Source: the human T2T-CHM13v2.0 reference genome, Homo sapiens. Taken from it: a stretch of DNA of 64,000 nt. Every line of letters starts with the position of its first letter. Positions within the stretch are counted from its first letter, which is position 1. Made by a program: the position numbers and the translations under genes. The stretch lies in the NCBI RefSeq assembly GCF_009914755.1, contig NC_060947.1. The stretch is one strand, 5' to 3'. Below the pieces are notes generated by a model. The model saw only the letters and a list, made by a program, of their open reading frames with translations. It was not told the DNA's origin and made no database searches. This document shows, piece after piece, positions 41,987 to 55,636 of this stretch.

Positions 41987-43458
41987 ATTTTTTTATTGTG
42001 GTAAAATATATATAACATACATTTACCATTTTAGCAATTTTTAGGTGTACAGTCAGTGGTATGTAGTACATTAACATTATTGAGAAAATATCAACACCAT
42101 TCATCTCTATAATTTTTTTGTTTTTACAAACAAACTTGTAACCCATTAAACAATAACTCTCCAATTAACATCACTGCAGTTTCTTCAAACACCATACTAT
42201 TATGTTTCTATGAATTTGATCACTCTATGCATCTTATAAAAGAAGTATCATACACTATTTATTGTTTTGTGTGTCTGTTAATTTTACTTAGTGTAACATC
42301 TGTAAGATTCACCCATGCCGAAGCATGTATCAGAATTTCAATCTTTTTAAGTCTGAACAATATTCAATAATATTCTATTTTGTGTATACCAAAAATGTAT
42401 ACCACATTTTGCTTATCTATTTATCTTTAAATGGAAATTTGGGTTGTTTTCATTTTTTGGCCTTTATGAAAAATGCCACTATGTTAATGGGTGTAAAAAT
42501 ATCTGTTCAAATGTTTGCTTTCAATAGTTTTGGGTATAAACCTAGGAGTAAAATTGCTAAATTTTAAACTTTATGAGGAAGGGCCAGACTGAGTTCCTCA
42601 GTAGCTGCAGCATTTTTCATCCCACCAGCGGTGCCTAAAGTAAAAATTTCTCCACATCCTCACCAACATTTTGTTATTTTCTGTTTTTGGTTGATTGTTT
42701 TTTATAAAACAAATTTTACTTTATGTGCCATTTAATCTCATTGATGTTTTATGTTTACTAATGATTAGTGATGATAATTATATTTCTATGTGCTTCTTGG
42801 CAATTTGCATACTTTCTTTGGGAAAAAAATCTATTCAAGTCTTTAGCCCATTTTTAAATTGAGTTGTTTGATTTGTTGTTGTTGAGTTGTAGGGATATTT
42901 TATATTTACATGGTAGATGATTTGCAAATATTTTCTCCCATTCTTTGGTTGCTTTTGCATTGTTTTCATAGTGTTCTTTGATGCAGTGATGTTTTTAACT
43001 TGGTAAGAAACCATTTATTCATTTTTTTTTCTTTGGTTAACTGAGCATTTGCTGTCTTGTCCAAGGAAGTATTTCCAAATCTAATGTCATGAAGCAGTCC
43101 TCTTATATTTTTTTCTAAGCATTTTATAATTTTAGCTATTACATTTAGATCCTTGACCTATTTTTAGTTAATTTTTATATGTTATAGGGTAAAGGTCCAA
43201 ATTTTTTCTTTTGCATGTGGATATTCAGTTTTACAAAAAGCACTGCTTGAAAACACTCTTCCCCATTGAAAGATCTCGGTACACTTGTTGGAAAGCATTT
43301 GACAATATACTTAAAAGCTTTTCTATGGAGTTTTTATTTTATTACATTGGTATATATGCCTCTTTATGCCAGCACAATGCTTTGCTTAGTGTTACATTGT
43401 AAAAAGATGTAAAATCAAGAAGTGTAAGTCCTCTGACTTTTTTCTTCATTTTCCAGGG

Positions 43459-43489
<31 letters not shown>

Positions 43490-44209
43490 AGTTGAGGTCC
43501 CTTGAGAGTCCATATAAATTTGGGATTGAATTTTTGCATGTCTTCAAAATCATTGCTTGTATGTTGATATTGATTGCATTGAATTTGTAAATTTCTTTGG
43601 GTAGTATTGACATCTTGATAATATTAAATGTTTCAATTTCTTAACTCAGGATGTTTCTCCATTTATTGTGTCTTTCTTAATTTCCTTCAGCAATGCTTTG
43701 TAGTTTTTAGTATATAGGTCATTCACCTACACAGTTAAAGTGATCCTTAAGTATTTTATACATTTCGATGGTATTGCAAATTGAACTGTTTTCTGAATTT
43801 CCTTTTCAGAATTTTTATTGTTATTGTAAAGGAATGCAACTAATTCTTGTGCATTGATTTTGCATCCTACAATATTTGTCTATTATTTCTAAGGCTGTGG
43901 TGGAGTATTTAGGATTTGCTTTGTATAAGTACCTGTCATGTGCAAACAGAAACAATTTGACTTCATCCTTTCTAGTTTGGATGCCTTTAATTTTTTTTTC
44001 TTCCTAATTACTCGGGATATAACTTCTAATACTATGTGGAATAGTATTGGCAAAATCAGGTGGCATGTTCTGTTTCTAAATTTAAATTAAAAGATTTAGC
44101 CCATCATCATTGAGTATATGATGTTTACTTGAATTTTTTATATAGGGCTTTTATTGTTTTGAGGCACTTTTTTATATTCCCAGTTGCTTAAGTGTTTTTA
44201 TCATATAAG
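41987..44209 (-). mobile_element. L1MB2/3-like 3' portion
   Basis: ttttattgtggtaaaatatatataacat...acccattaaacaataactctcc, then reverse ORF2 (ttgcatgtggatattcagtt, gtgcaaacagaaacaatttgacttc). Confidence 0.88.
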
Positions 44210-47200
44210 AGCCAAGATGGCCAACCAGATGCAGCCAGGAAGAGTTTTGCCCCATTAAGAGACAAGGCCATTAAGAAGACCAGCACATTCTGAGCAGATC
44301 TTCAGAAGGAAGGCATTGAGAGTGGACAGAGAGAAGACACAGACCTTGGGCTGAAGGGGGAGGAATCTGGAAACCCTGTATAGAGTTGCTGAGTGCCAGG
44401 ACTTGCTCCTGGAGATGAGTGGCTCCTGGGGAAGTGGTGAAGTAAATTGGCATAGTGTGGCCCACTCTCTCCTTGGACCTCTGGAATCCCAGGTGCAAGA
44501 GAACCCAGGCCCCCCATGAACATTTGAACTGTCAGGGACAGCTGCCTGCAAAGTTGACAGGGACAGGAATCCAGCCTGTGTGGAGTCCAGACGGCTTGGT
44601 CTGAAAATGGTTTCACTGAAGCAAAACCAGGGATTTCCATTCCCCAAGACTCACCACACTCCTCCAGGTGGCTATGACCTTTTTTGACTGTAGAACTTGG
44701 ACAGAGAGGGACTTTCTTAACGGTGGGATGGGGCCACTCATATCTGTGTATCCCTCAGTCTACCAGCCACTCCTGGGGTCCCGGATTGGCCATGCCCAAT
44801 TACAACACAGCCTTGGATTCCCAACATAGGTGCTTCCTGGTAGCTGCCACCATAACTCCTTGGCTGGCAGATTCCAACTAACAGACAAGAGTTTCTGCAG
44901 GTGGGTTCCCACTGGCACACACCTACTTGCAGCTGCCTGCCACTGTTTTGCAGGCACACACTCATTCACAGCCTACCCCCATGACGTTGCTGGTGCACAC
45001 TCACCTGTAGCCTCCTACAACTGCTTTGCTGTGGTAAGCACACATGTGAACCTCACCACCCTGCCCTCACCAGAGCACATTCATGAGCAGATATCACTGC
45101 TCTGCCACTGCCAGCATGATAGCAAATGTAGACTCCACTACCTCACCACTGCTGGTGTGAGCATACACACACATACCCCACTGTGTTGCCACAACACCAC
45201 CAGTACACACATGCAGATTCTGCCTCCCCTGACCTGATGAAGCACATTTGACAACACACCACATGGGTGTCTTGTTCCCAGCAAACAAGAAACACGTTAT
45301 TCCCTCCAGCACAGGAGTTGCTTAACCCTGAGGTGCCATAGAACAAAGCCACAGGCTTGGATCTAGCCAAATAGGGTTAGAACATGCAGCCCATGACTGC
45401 TGAGCTGAACCTTGGTCCACTGAAGTTGTCCACAAATAATGTCAGTTGACTGAACCTAACACTACAATCAAACCCTCCAGAACATCAAAGAATATAAAAG
45501 CCAAAAGCACCATTCAAAGGATAACAACTTTAATGATTTAAGGAATATTAGCTCACACAGATGGAAAGAACCAGCACAAAATGTCTGGCAACTCACAAAG
45601 CCAGAGGGTCTTCTTACTTCCAAAGTTCCACACTAGTTCTGCACCAATAGTTCTCAATAATGCTGGAATGGCTGAAACAACAGACATAGAATTCAGTATC
45701 TGGATGGCAATGAAGCTCATTGAGATTCAATGGAAAGTTAAAATTCAATCCATGGAATCTAAGTAATTCAGTAAAACAATATAAGAGCTGACAGTTGAAA
45801 TACATATTTTAAGAAAGAACCAACCTAATCTTCTAGAACTAAAAAAATCACCACAAGGTTTCATAATACAATCAGAAGTATTAACGGTAGAATCGAAAGA
45901 CAACTTGAGAAAAAAATCTTAGAGTTTGAAGACAGGTTCTTCAAATCAACTCAGTCAGATAAAATAAAGAAAAAAAATAAAAAGAATGTACAAAATACCT
46001 TAAGAAATATGGTATTATGTAAAAACAACAAATCTATAACTCAGCCTCCCTGAAAGAGAGGGAGGAAAAGAAAGCAAATTGGAAAATATATTTGAGGATA
46101 TTGTTCATTAAAATATCCCCAACCTCATTGGAGAGATCAACAATTTAAATTCCAGACATTAAGAGAACCTCTATGAGATACTATACAAGATGGTAGTCCC
46201 CAAGATACACAGTCATCAGATTCTCTAAAGTCGATGTGAAAGAAAAAATATTAAAGGAAGCTAGAGAGAAGGGGCAGGTCACCTACAAAGGGAACCACAT
46301 CAGGCTAACAGTGGACTTTTCAGCAGACATCCTATAAGACAGAAGATATTGCAGGCTCATACTCAGCATCCTTAACAAAAAAACAAAATTCCAAATGACA
46401 ATTGTGTATTCAGTCAAACTAAGCTTCATAAGCAAAGGAGAAGAAAACACCTCTTAGACAAGCAAATGCTAAGGGATTTGCTATTACCAGACCTGCCCTA
46501 AAAGAGCTACTTAAGGGAGTGCTAAACATGAAAATGAAAGACCATTACCAGATAACACATAAACAAACTTAAGTACATAGACCATTAACACCATAAAGAA
46601 ACTATGCAATCAAGTCTACATAACAACCAGCTAACAACATCATGATATAACCAAGTTCTCATATATAAAAAATAACCTTGAACATAAATGGGCTAAATGC
46701 ATATGTTAGACTGTTCTGGAATTGCTATAGAAGAAAGCCTGAGACTGGGTAGTTTATAGAGAAAGGAGGTATGATTGGCTTATGGTTCTGCAGGATGTAC
46801 AACCATGGCTTCAGCATCTGTTTGGTTTATGGGGAGACCTCAGGGTGCTTTTAGTCATGGAATAAGGCAAAGTGGGAGCAGGTACATCACATGGCAAAAA
46901 CAGCAGCAAGTTGTCGGGGGAGCGGAGGTGCCACAAATCTTCAAATAATCAGATCTCATGAGAACTCACTTACTATCCTGAGGAAATCACCAAGGGGATG
47001 GCACTAAACCATTTATGAGGGATATACCTTAATGTTGCAAACATCTCCTATCAGATTATACTTTCAGTATTGGAGATTATATTTCATTAAGAGATTTGGT
47101 GGGGACATACATCCAAACTATATCATTCCACCTCTGGCCCCACAAATTTCATGTCTTTATCATGTTGCAAAATACAATTATGCTTTTGCAATAATCCCAA

Positions 47201-50200
47201 AAGTCTTAACTCATTCCACATTTAACTCAAAAGTCCTAAGTCCAACTCCAAAGTCTCATCTGAGACAAGCTAAGTCCTTTCCACTTATGAGCCTGTAAAA
47301 GAAAAAACAGGTATTCACTTCCAGGGTACAATGGGGTATAGGCACTGGCTATACATTCCTACAGCAAAAGGGAGAAATCAGCCACAAAAAAAAAAATGGC
47401 TACAGGCCACACACAAGTCTGAAATGCGGTGGGGAAGTCATCAAACCTTAAAGTTCCATAATAATCTTATTTGTCTCTATATCCACATCCAGGGCACACT
47501 GGTGCAAGAAGTGGGTTCCCAAGGCCTTAGGAAGCTCTGCCTCTGTGGCATTGCAGGGTACAGCACCTGCAGCTTCTCTCAAAGGTTAGAGTTGAGTGCC
47601 TGTGGCCTTTCCAGGTTCAAGGTGCAAGCTGCAGGTGGATGTACCATTCCGGATTGTTGATGACGGTGGCTTTCTTCACACAGCTCCTCTAGTGAGTGCC
47701 CCATTTAAGAATTTGTGTTTGGGCTCCAACCTCACATTTCCACTTGGCACTGCCCTAGTAAAGTATCTCTATGAAAACTCTGCCCCTGTAGTAGGCTTCT
47801 GACTAGGAATGCAGGCTTTCTCATACATCCTCTAAAATCTATGTGGAAGCTGTCAAACCTCCTTTACTCTTGCACTCAGCATGCCTACAGGCTTAAGAAA
47901 ACATGGAAGCCACAAAAGCGTAGAGCTTACACCCTCTGAAGCAGAAGCTTGAGTCATCCCTAGGGCTTTCTGAGATGTAGTTAGAACCAGGGAGGCCAAG
48001 ATATGAGAAGCAATCTTCTGGTGTGGCACAGGGCAGTGGTTTCCTGTTCATGGCCCATGAAACCATTCTTTTCTCCTAGACCTCTCGGCCTATGATAGTA
48101 AGGATGAGCTGGAAGTAAAGGAGAGCTGGATAGTAAGGGTGAGCTGGAAGTCTTCTGAATTGCCTTGGAGGCCTTTTTTGTATTGCCTCAGCTATAAGCA
48201 TATGACTCTTTTTAGTCATGCAAATATCTCTAGCAAGTGGTTGCTCTGCAACCCACTTGGATGTCTCTACTAATAATGCTTTTTTTCGTCTCTGCTACAA
48301 AGTCAGCCTACAATTTTTTCCAATGTATCTGCTCTACTTCCTTTTTAAATATAAGTTTTAACTTTAAGTACATTATTTGTTCCCAAATCTAAGTGTATGC
48401 TTTGAGAAGCAGCCATGCTACTTCTTGAGCAATTTGTTGCTAAGAAATTTGTCAATAAGCTAACCTATGTTGTTGCTCTTAAGTTCGTACTGAGACAGAT
48501 CCCTAGAGCACAGAAACAAGGCATCAAAGCTCTTTGCTGAAGCATAGCAAGGGTGGCTTTTGCTCCAGTTACTAATAAGTTACTCATTTCCATCTGAGAC
48601 TTCCTATGCTTGGCCTTCACTCTCCATATCACTATTATCATTTTGGCCACAACCATTTAAGCAGTCTCTAAGAACTTCCAAACTTTCCTTCAGCTTTCTG
48701 TCTTCTTCTGAGTCCTCCAAACTCTTCTAAAGTCTTCTCATTACCCACTTTCAAAGTCATTTCCACATATTCAGATATCATTATTGCAATGCCCTACTCC
48801 AAAATACCAATTTTCTGGATTAGGCCATGTATGCACTGCTATTAAGGGATACCTGAGACTTTGTAAATTATACAGAGAAGAAATTTAATTGGCTCACGTT
48901 TCTTCAGGTTGTAGAAGCAAGGCACTGACATCTGCTCAGGTTCTGGAGAAGCCTCAGGGAAATATTACTCATAGTGGAAGGTAAAGTGGGAGCAGGCATG
49001 TCATATGGCAAAAGCAGAAGCAAGAGTGAGGGAGGTGCCACATACCTTCAAACAACCATATCTCACAAGAACACAATGCCACAAGAATAGCACCATGGGT
49101 ATGGTGCTGAACCATTCATGAGGGATACACTACCAAGACCGAAACACCAGCCATCAGGTTCCATCTCCAACATTGGGAATTATATTTGAACATCAGATTT
49201 GGTGAGGACATATATCCAAACTATACCATCCACTTAAAGGCACCACATGGCAAAATGAATAAGTAAGCAGGACCCAACCATATGCTGTCTTCAAAAGATC
49301 CATCTCACATGCAAGAAAAAACCCATTGGTGCAAAGTAAAGCGATAAATAAAAAATTGATCAAGCAAATGGAAAACAAAATTTAGCAGGGGAAGTTATTC
49401 TTATTTCAGACCAAACAGAATGTAAACCAACAATGATCAAAAAAGAAGAGCATTAAATAATAATAATAAGTTCAATTAAACAAGAACATTTTAATATTCT
49501 AAATATATCTGCACCCCCAACACTACAGAACTCAGATTTATTTAAAAAAAAAAATCTTAGGGACCTATGGAGTCGCTTTTATTTCCATACAAGACTAGCA
49601 GGAGATTTTAACACCCCATTATCAGTCTCTAAGGCAGGAAATTAACAAAAATATTCAGGGCCTAAACTCAAAATTTTATTAAATGGATCCAGCAGACATT
49701 TACATAACACTTCACCCAACAACAGCAAGATATACATTCTGTACATCTGCGCGTTGCGCATACTCTAAGATCAACCCCATGGTTGGCTATAAAACAATTC
49801 TCAACAAAGTCAGAAATGCCAAAATTATACCAACCACACTCTTGGACCACAGCAATATAAAAGTGGAAATCAACTTCAAAAAGATCTTTCTAGGCCATAC
49901 AATTACATGGAAATTAAAGAACCTGCTCCTGAATGACTTTGGGTAAAGAATAAAATTAAGGCAGAATGCAATAAATTATTTGAAACTAATAAAAACAAAA
50001 ATACAACATACCAGAATTTCTGAGACACATCTAAAGTAGTAATAAGAGGTAAATTTTAGTGCTAAATACCTACATACAAAACTTGGAAAGATCTCAAATT
50101 AGCAACTTACATTATACCTAGAGGAACTAGAGAAACAAGAGCAAACCACCCCCAAAGCCAGCAGAAGAAAATGAATAATCAAAATCAAGCTGAACTAATG

Positions 50201-50320
50201 CAACTGACAGGCAAATTTCATACAAAATATCAGCACAAACAAATTTAATTATTTGATGGAATTCATAACACTGATAGACCACAAGCTAGACTAATAGAGA
50301 AAAAAGAGAGAAGATCCAAA
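44210..50320 (+). mobile_element. L1PA15-17-like 5' half (5'UTR, ORF1, endonuclease), interrupted by MSTB and 3'-truncated
   Basis: gccaagatggccaaccagatgcagccaggaagag...aaggcattgagagtggacag, homologous to the element at 35421. EN peptide at 49683..49946 (DIYITLHPTTARYTF...LLDHSNIK). Confidence 0.88.
46702..49228 (-). mobile_element. Complete MSTB-like MaLR provirus: LTR 48816-49228, internal 47126-48815, LTR 46702-47125
   Basis: Two homologous LTRs ending catccaaactatatca / tatccaaactatacca on +. On - the internal region starts gaaaattggta and ends with the PPT ggggccagaggtggaa. Confidence 0.92.
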
Positions 50321-51029
50321 GTAGGCTGAGTAAAAATAGTAAATTAAAATATCATATAACTTGAAATTGTTTCAAAATTGTACATAGTATTTATTTACTC
50401 TTATTGTTTATGAATTCAGAACACGATGATTGTATTGAGTTATAACAAATTAATGCAAATTTTGCATTAATTCCACTAGATGCACTGATATGTTCTGATG
50501 TGAATCTTTGATACCTCTACCTCAGATCTAGGATATTATTTTAGTAATAAGCAAAATTAATATTAACATTTTTATTTTTAAAATGTTATTTCACTTGCTA
50601 AAACGATAAATTATTAATGTATTATTTACAGACATTCACATACAGGTAAAGAGTGAGGAAAGTGCATGCTATAGCATAAGACCCTTTCACACAGAAATTT
50701 AGGAAATGAACATTTCAAATGTAAAAGTTCTCCATCTTCTAATTTATTTGCTTAGTCTGAACTAGATAGCATTAGATGTCCGTGATGTGTGCTTTTCTCT
50801 CTCCTGAAAGCACAGTGTAAATGAAATTTATCATTTGATTTTATATCCATCATTGCTACTTCTTTTTTTTGCATATCTGCCCTCCAATGACTGATTATTA
50901 CTACTTCTTTCAAATATTCTCATCCGACAGTGAGTATGTGTATCTAAGAGTCACAGTTTTGTACCCTATTATTTCATTCTTATAAATGCAATGCATGATT
51001 TCAAACATAGGCCGATTTGTAATGTTACT

Positions 51030-51200
51030 GTTAAGGGCCATAAAACAGGGAACTAACATGCAGTTTTACTACAAGGGCTTTGTCTTAACGACGTTACTAA
51101 CTGTGACATTTAGACTGCTTAACCTCACCCAATGTACCCTGGGGAAATGTCAGCATAGTCCTATGCTGCTAATAAAAATGAATTATTAAAGGGTTTTGAC
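51030..51200 (+). mobile_element. MIR/MIR3 remnant
   Basis: gttactaactgtgacatttagactgcttaacctc resembles the MIR core. Confidence 0.5.
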
Positions 51201-52060
51201 AATATACTTATCAAAATATATTACACTTTTGTAATGAACATATGCTACAGTTCAGAATTAATATAGCAATTAAATATAAAATGGAATAATTATACTTTTA
51301 TATGTTGTAGACATTTATTCAATGCAAGTGCCACATCTTCAAAATAGTGTCATTTTTAAACTATCAATAATTTTAATTTCACTGTGGTTATTTTATTATT
51401 TCTAGATGCTTGCTATAAATATAATTCAATTGGCAAAGATAGATTATTCCCTATACAAACAAGGAAAAGATTGTTCCTTTTGAGTTATGCATATTGAGTT
51501 AAATTCCTGCCAATTATTTTTCAAAAATTGACTTACAATAACTCTTTATAGTGAGTATTTTTCAACTCCATTTATTGAGAAGGTGTATTTTAAATTTTTC
51601 TCTCATGACTATAATTAATTTTATTTGACATAGAATAGCATATAAGTTTTATGACATACAGGAACAATCCTCTTCACAGACTCTGTTTTCTTCCAAGTAA
51701 AATTGCTATGAAGACTTAGGGAAAAGAAAAACTTACAACTAGATAGATAATTAAGGCTTGTTTAAAATTAATTAAAAAAATGCATTTCTTCTCATAGAAA
51801 AAGACAAATGTCAATGAAGATTATTTTTAAATAAGAAAACAAATGCAAAGCAAGCAAAACAATATGCCAAGAATGATCTAATATTCTCTGGCAATGAAAC
51901 ACAAACTGAATGTAGTCAGCAAGCCACTTTGTAACACGTTACTCTCTATTCCTTAAATTAGAGGCCCAAAACTTGTACTTAGCAGTAAATTGGGTACTTA
52001 ATAGGTGATAATTTTCGATGCAGTCATATTAATGCTCTTGTACAAATAAAAAAAGAAAGA

Positions 52061-52365
52061 GGCCAGGCACTGTGGCTCACACCTGTAACCCCAGCACTTT
52101 GGGAAGCCGAGGCAGGCGGATCACCTGAGGTCTGGAGTTCGAGACCAGCCTGACCAACATGGAGAAACCCTGTCTCTACCAAAAATACAAAATTAGCTGG
52201 GTGTGGTGTCACATGCCTGCAATCTCAGCTACTCAGGAGGCTGAGGCAGGAGAATCGTTTGAACCCAGGAGGTGGAGGTTGCGGTGAGATGAGATTGTGC
52301 CATTGCATGCCAGTCTGGGCAACAAGAGCGAAACTCTGTCTCAAAAAAAAAATAAATAAATAAAA
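52061..52365 (+). mobile_element. AluSp
   Basis: Diagnostic cctgaccaacatggagaaaccc, aatacaaaattagc, gttgcggtgag and aacaagagcgaaactc; (A/AATA)n tail. Confidence 0.95.
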
Positions 52366-52539
52366 GAGATCTCTTTGCTACTTTGCTATCTCTTCCTTTG
52401 AATTAAACATTTTTATAGTTCAAATATCAGAGAAGTGTATTGTACATGTACTCTAGGAACTTGACTGAAAATTTTACACAAAAACTTGACCCACAGCATT
52501 AGATAAAAGAATGAAGTTTACCCATAACAACTGGAGAGG

Positions 52540-52923
52540 TGATATGGTTTGGCTTGGTGTCTCCACCCAAATCACATCTGGAATTGTAATCCCTATAATC
52601 CCCACGTGTCAAGGGTGGGACCTGGTGGGGGGGTGACTAGATCATGGGGGTGGTTCCCCAATACTGTTCTCATGATAATGATGACAGTGAGTGAGTTCTG
52701 ATGAGATCTGATGGTTTTATACTCTTCCCCTTCGTTTGTTTGCTCTGTCTCTCCGGCCACCATGTAGGACATGCTTTTGCTTCTCTCTTGCCTTTCCCCA
52801 TGATTGTAAGTTTCCTGAGATCTCCCCAGCCATGCAGAACTGTGAGGTGATTAAACCTCTCTCCTTTATAAATTACCCAGACTTGGATATGTCTTTGTAG
52901 CATTGTGAAAATGAACTAATACA
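52540..52923 (+). mobile_element. THE1D-like solo LTR
   Basis: tgatatggtttggc...aattgtaatccctataatccccacgtgtcaaggg...gaactaataca. Perfect TSD agagg (52535-52539, 52924-52928). Confidence 0.95.
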
Positions 52924-53039
52924 AGAGGGAACCCACCTAAGGTTTACCCACACTTTCTGTCAAAAAATTTTAACCTGGAAAGATGTCATCTTGAGTATAT
53001 GCAAATAAATAAATGAGAAAATAAGATGACAACACAACA

Positions 53040-53660
53040 TAAAGAAAATTACTTAAGATCAGGAATGCATACTTTAAATAATTATCTATGTAGAATACAA
53101 AAGAAAATTTTAAGAAAAATATTTTCTCTTTCAAAATATTTAAGAGAAAAATAGAATTTGAAAGTAGAGCATAGGAATGTAAAAGAGAATAAGTTGAGAT
53201 AAAAAGTAACAGGGCATTATAAAGAAGCTATAAAAAAAGCAAAACTGTAATAGCAGAATTAACATCTACAAATCAGAACAAAAATTGAAGTAATAGTTTA
53301 AAATGTATATAGGAACACTCTCCAAATTAAAAAAGGACCAATAAATAAAAATAATGAGAGAAAGAAAATGGAGATGAAAATAATGTAAGAAAAGATAGGT
53401 AAGATCAGAGAGAAGATAGCTAATTTACAGATATACGATATGCTTTGAAAAAGATATTGCTTCTAAAAGGATGCAAAATTAACAAAAATAAATAGTATAA
53501 TAATTTCTTGAGTTGAGAAAAGTGCTTGTTTTGTAGGGCACTAATCACATCCTAGGCACAATTACTGAGAAGATATCTCTACCTAGAAATACCATTAGCA
53601 ATAATAAGGGCAAACATGTTTAAATTTTAAAAATAAAAGTAGATCATAGTACAGTTTATG
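53040..53660 (+). mobile_element. HAL1 / ancient L1 ORF1-like remnant
   Basis: A-rich, ORF1-like: gaacactctccaaa...aatgagagaaag...taatttcttgagttgaga...acctagaaataccattag. Confidence 0.5.
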
Positions 53661-53719
53661 TAATAAATTTAGACAAATGTCAGTGAAGATTATTTTTAAA
53701 TAAGAAAACAAATGCAATA

Positions 53720-54284
53720 AATAATAAAATAGAGCCACCATTTGACCCAACAACCCTATTACTAGGTATATACCTATAGGAAAATAAAGCAGTCTATCAA
53801 AAAGACACATGCACTCACATGTTCATTGCCATGCTAATCACAACAGCAAAGACACAAAATCAACCTGGGTGCTCATCAAATGTGAACAGGATAAAGAAAA
53901 TGTGACATATACACACCATAGAATACTATGTACCTATAAAAAGAATAAAATCATTTCCTTTAAAGCCATCTGGATGCATTTGCAGGCCATAATCATAAAT
54001 AGATCAATTCAGGAACAGAAAACAAAGTACTACGTCTTCTCATTTATAACTGAGGGCTAAACATCGGGCACACATGGACATAAATATGGGGAAAATAAAC
54101 ACTGTGGATTACTAGAAAATGGAGTTAGGTAGAAAGGTGTGAGTTGAAAAACCACCTGCTGGGTATTATGCTCACTACCTAGGTGATGGAGTCTGTTCCC
54201 CAAACCTTAGCATCATGAAATATACCCCTGTAACAAACCTGCGCATGTACCACCTATATCTAAAATAAAAGTTGAAAATTTAAA
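53720..54284 (+). mobile_element. L1PA16/17-like 3' end
   Basis: agagccaccatttgacccaac...aaagacacatgcactcacatg...tatgctcactacctaggtgatgg...tctaaaataaaagttgaaa. Confidence 0.9.
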
Positions 54285-54734
54285 CAATGACACACTCATG
54301 ACATAATGGAACAGGCACTGGGAACTAAGACCAGTTAAATATAGAATGGTCTAAATAACTGTTGAAAATGTAGATATAAAACATGTAGAAATAGAAATCA
54401 TTATTCTTGAAAGTTAATGCACCAGTAAAGCATAATTTTAAAACCTGCATGACACTGATTAACTCACAAAACTATATAACCGAGAGCAAAAAAGAAGTCA
54501 GGTTCTTGTCATATTATTTCATCCTGTCTTGCTTTAATATCTGTTCCTGGACTTTTCAATAATATGATTCAGTTGATTCTCATTTATTTCTTCAGGCTAT
54601 TTAAATTAGATATATACATCTCTTGCAACAAAAAGTACTCTTACCATGGTATAAAAAAGTAATTTTAAACATTCATATACCATGCTTTTTCACTAAAAAG
54701 ATCGCAAAACATTTAAGAAATAAGAGCTCATAAT

Positions 54735-55150
54735 AATGAATACCAAGGGAACATGTTTTTCATGGAGTACTGCTTGGAATGTACACCTTTAGACCCACTC
54801 TAGAAAGTAATTTGGAAACATCTAGTAAAATTAAAAATACATATACATTTGACCAAGCAGTTTCATTGCAGTTCAGCTTAAAACAAAACAAAATTTGAAC
54901 AAACAGTAGTCAAGGATATATGTATTAAAATGTTCATCACAATATTGCTTATAGTGATTGAAACAGCTACCACTAAGAATTTATAATAGAATAAACTATG
55001 GTAAAGTCAAACTATACGACAAAAAGCAGCTATGAATCATTATGATTAAAAACCGGATCTACTAACATAGAAGAATGCCCACAATATCCTACTAAAATAA
55101 CTTAAAAAGTTGGAAAATAAAACAGGTACTGTGATCATCATTTGTATTAA
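54735..55150 (+). mobile_element. L1ME 3' region remnant
   Basis: tagaaagtaatttggaaacatctagtaaaattaaaaatacatatacatttgaccaagcag...aataaactatggta. Confidence 0.6.
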
Positions 55151-55427
55151 GAAAAGCAAACAAAATTTTAAGAGACTATATTGCAATCAGCTGACAAAAG
55201 ACTGAAATTTTCTGCAGCATAATTCCATAATCATTTTTGCCAGTGCAGAGAAAAGATGCTGAAAGTTAATTTTTCACGTGCTTTATTGCAATATTTCTCC
55301 TATATATTACAACTTCAAATGTGGAATTGACATATTCAATGGAGAGAGAACAGAAGCCACAAAAAATTTCTAAAGAAATAGATTAAAAAGATGGGTAAGA
55401 TATACATATCAAATGTTACAGAAAATT

Positions 55428-55636
55428 GCTGGGCACGGTGGCTTGTACCTGTAAATCTCAGTGCTTTGGGATGCTGAGGCAGGATGTAGCGAGACCCCGT
55501 CTCTTAAAAAGAAATTAATGCTGGGTTTAGTGGTGTGTGTCTGTAGCCCTAGCTACTCTGGAGGCTGAGGTAGGACGATCACTTGATCCCAGGCGTTTGA
55601 GGCTGCAGTGACCTAGAAACACCCTATTGCACTCCA
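55428..55636 (+). mobile_element. AluJ with left-arm deletion and no 3' end or poly(A)
   Basis: gctgggcacggtggc...aggatgtagcgagaccccgtctct...gatcacttgatcccaggcgtttgaggctgcagtg...ttgcactcca; flanked by a degenerate 18-bp direct repeat. Confidence 0.9.

Noticed and set aside
50420-50500. Possible C/D box snoRNA (gatga...ctga)
   Set aside because: No proper RUGAUGA C box or terminal stem.
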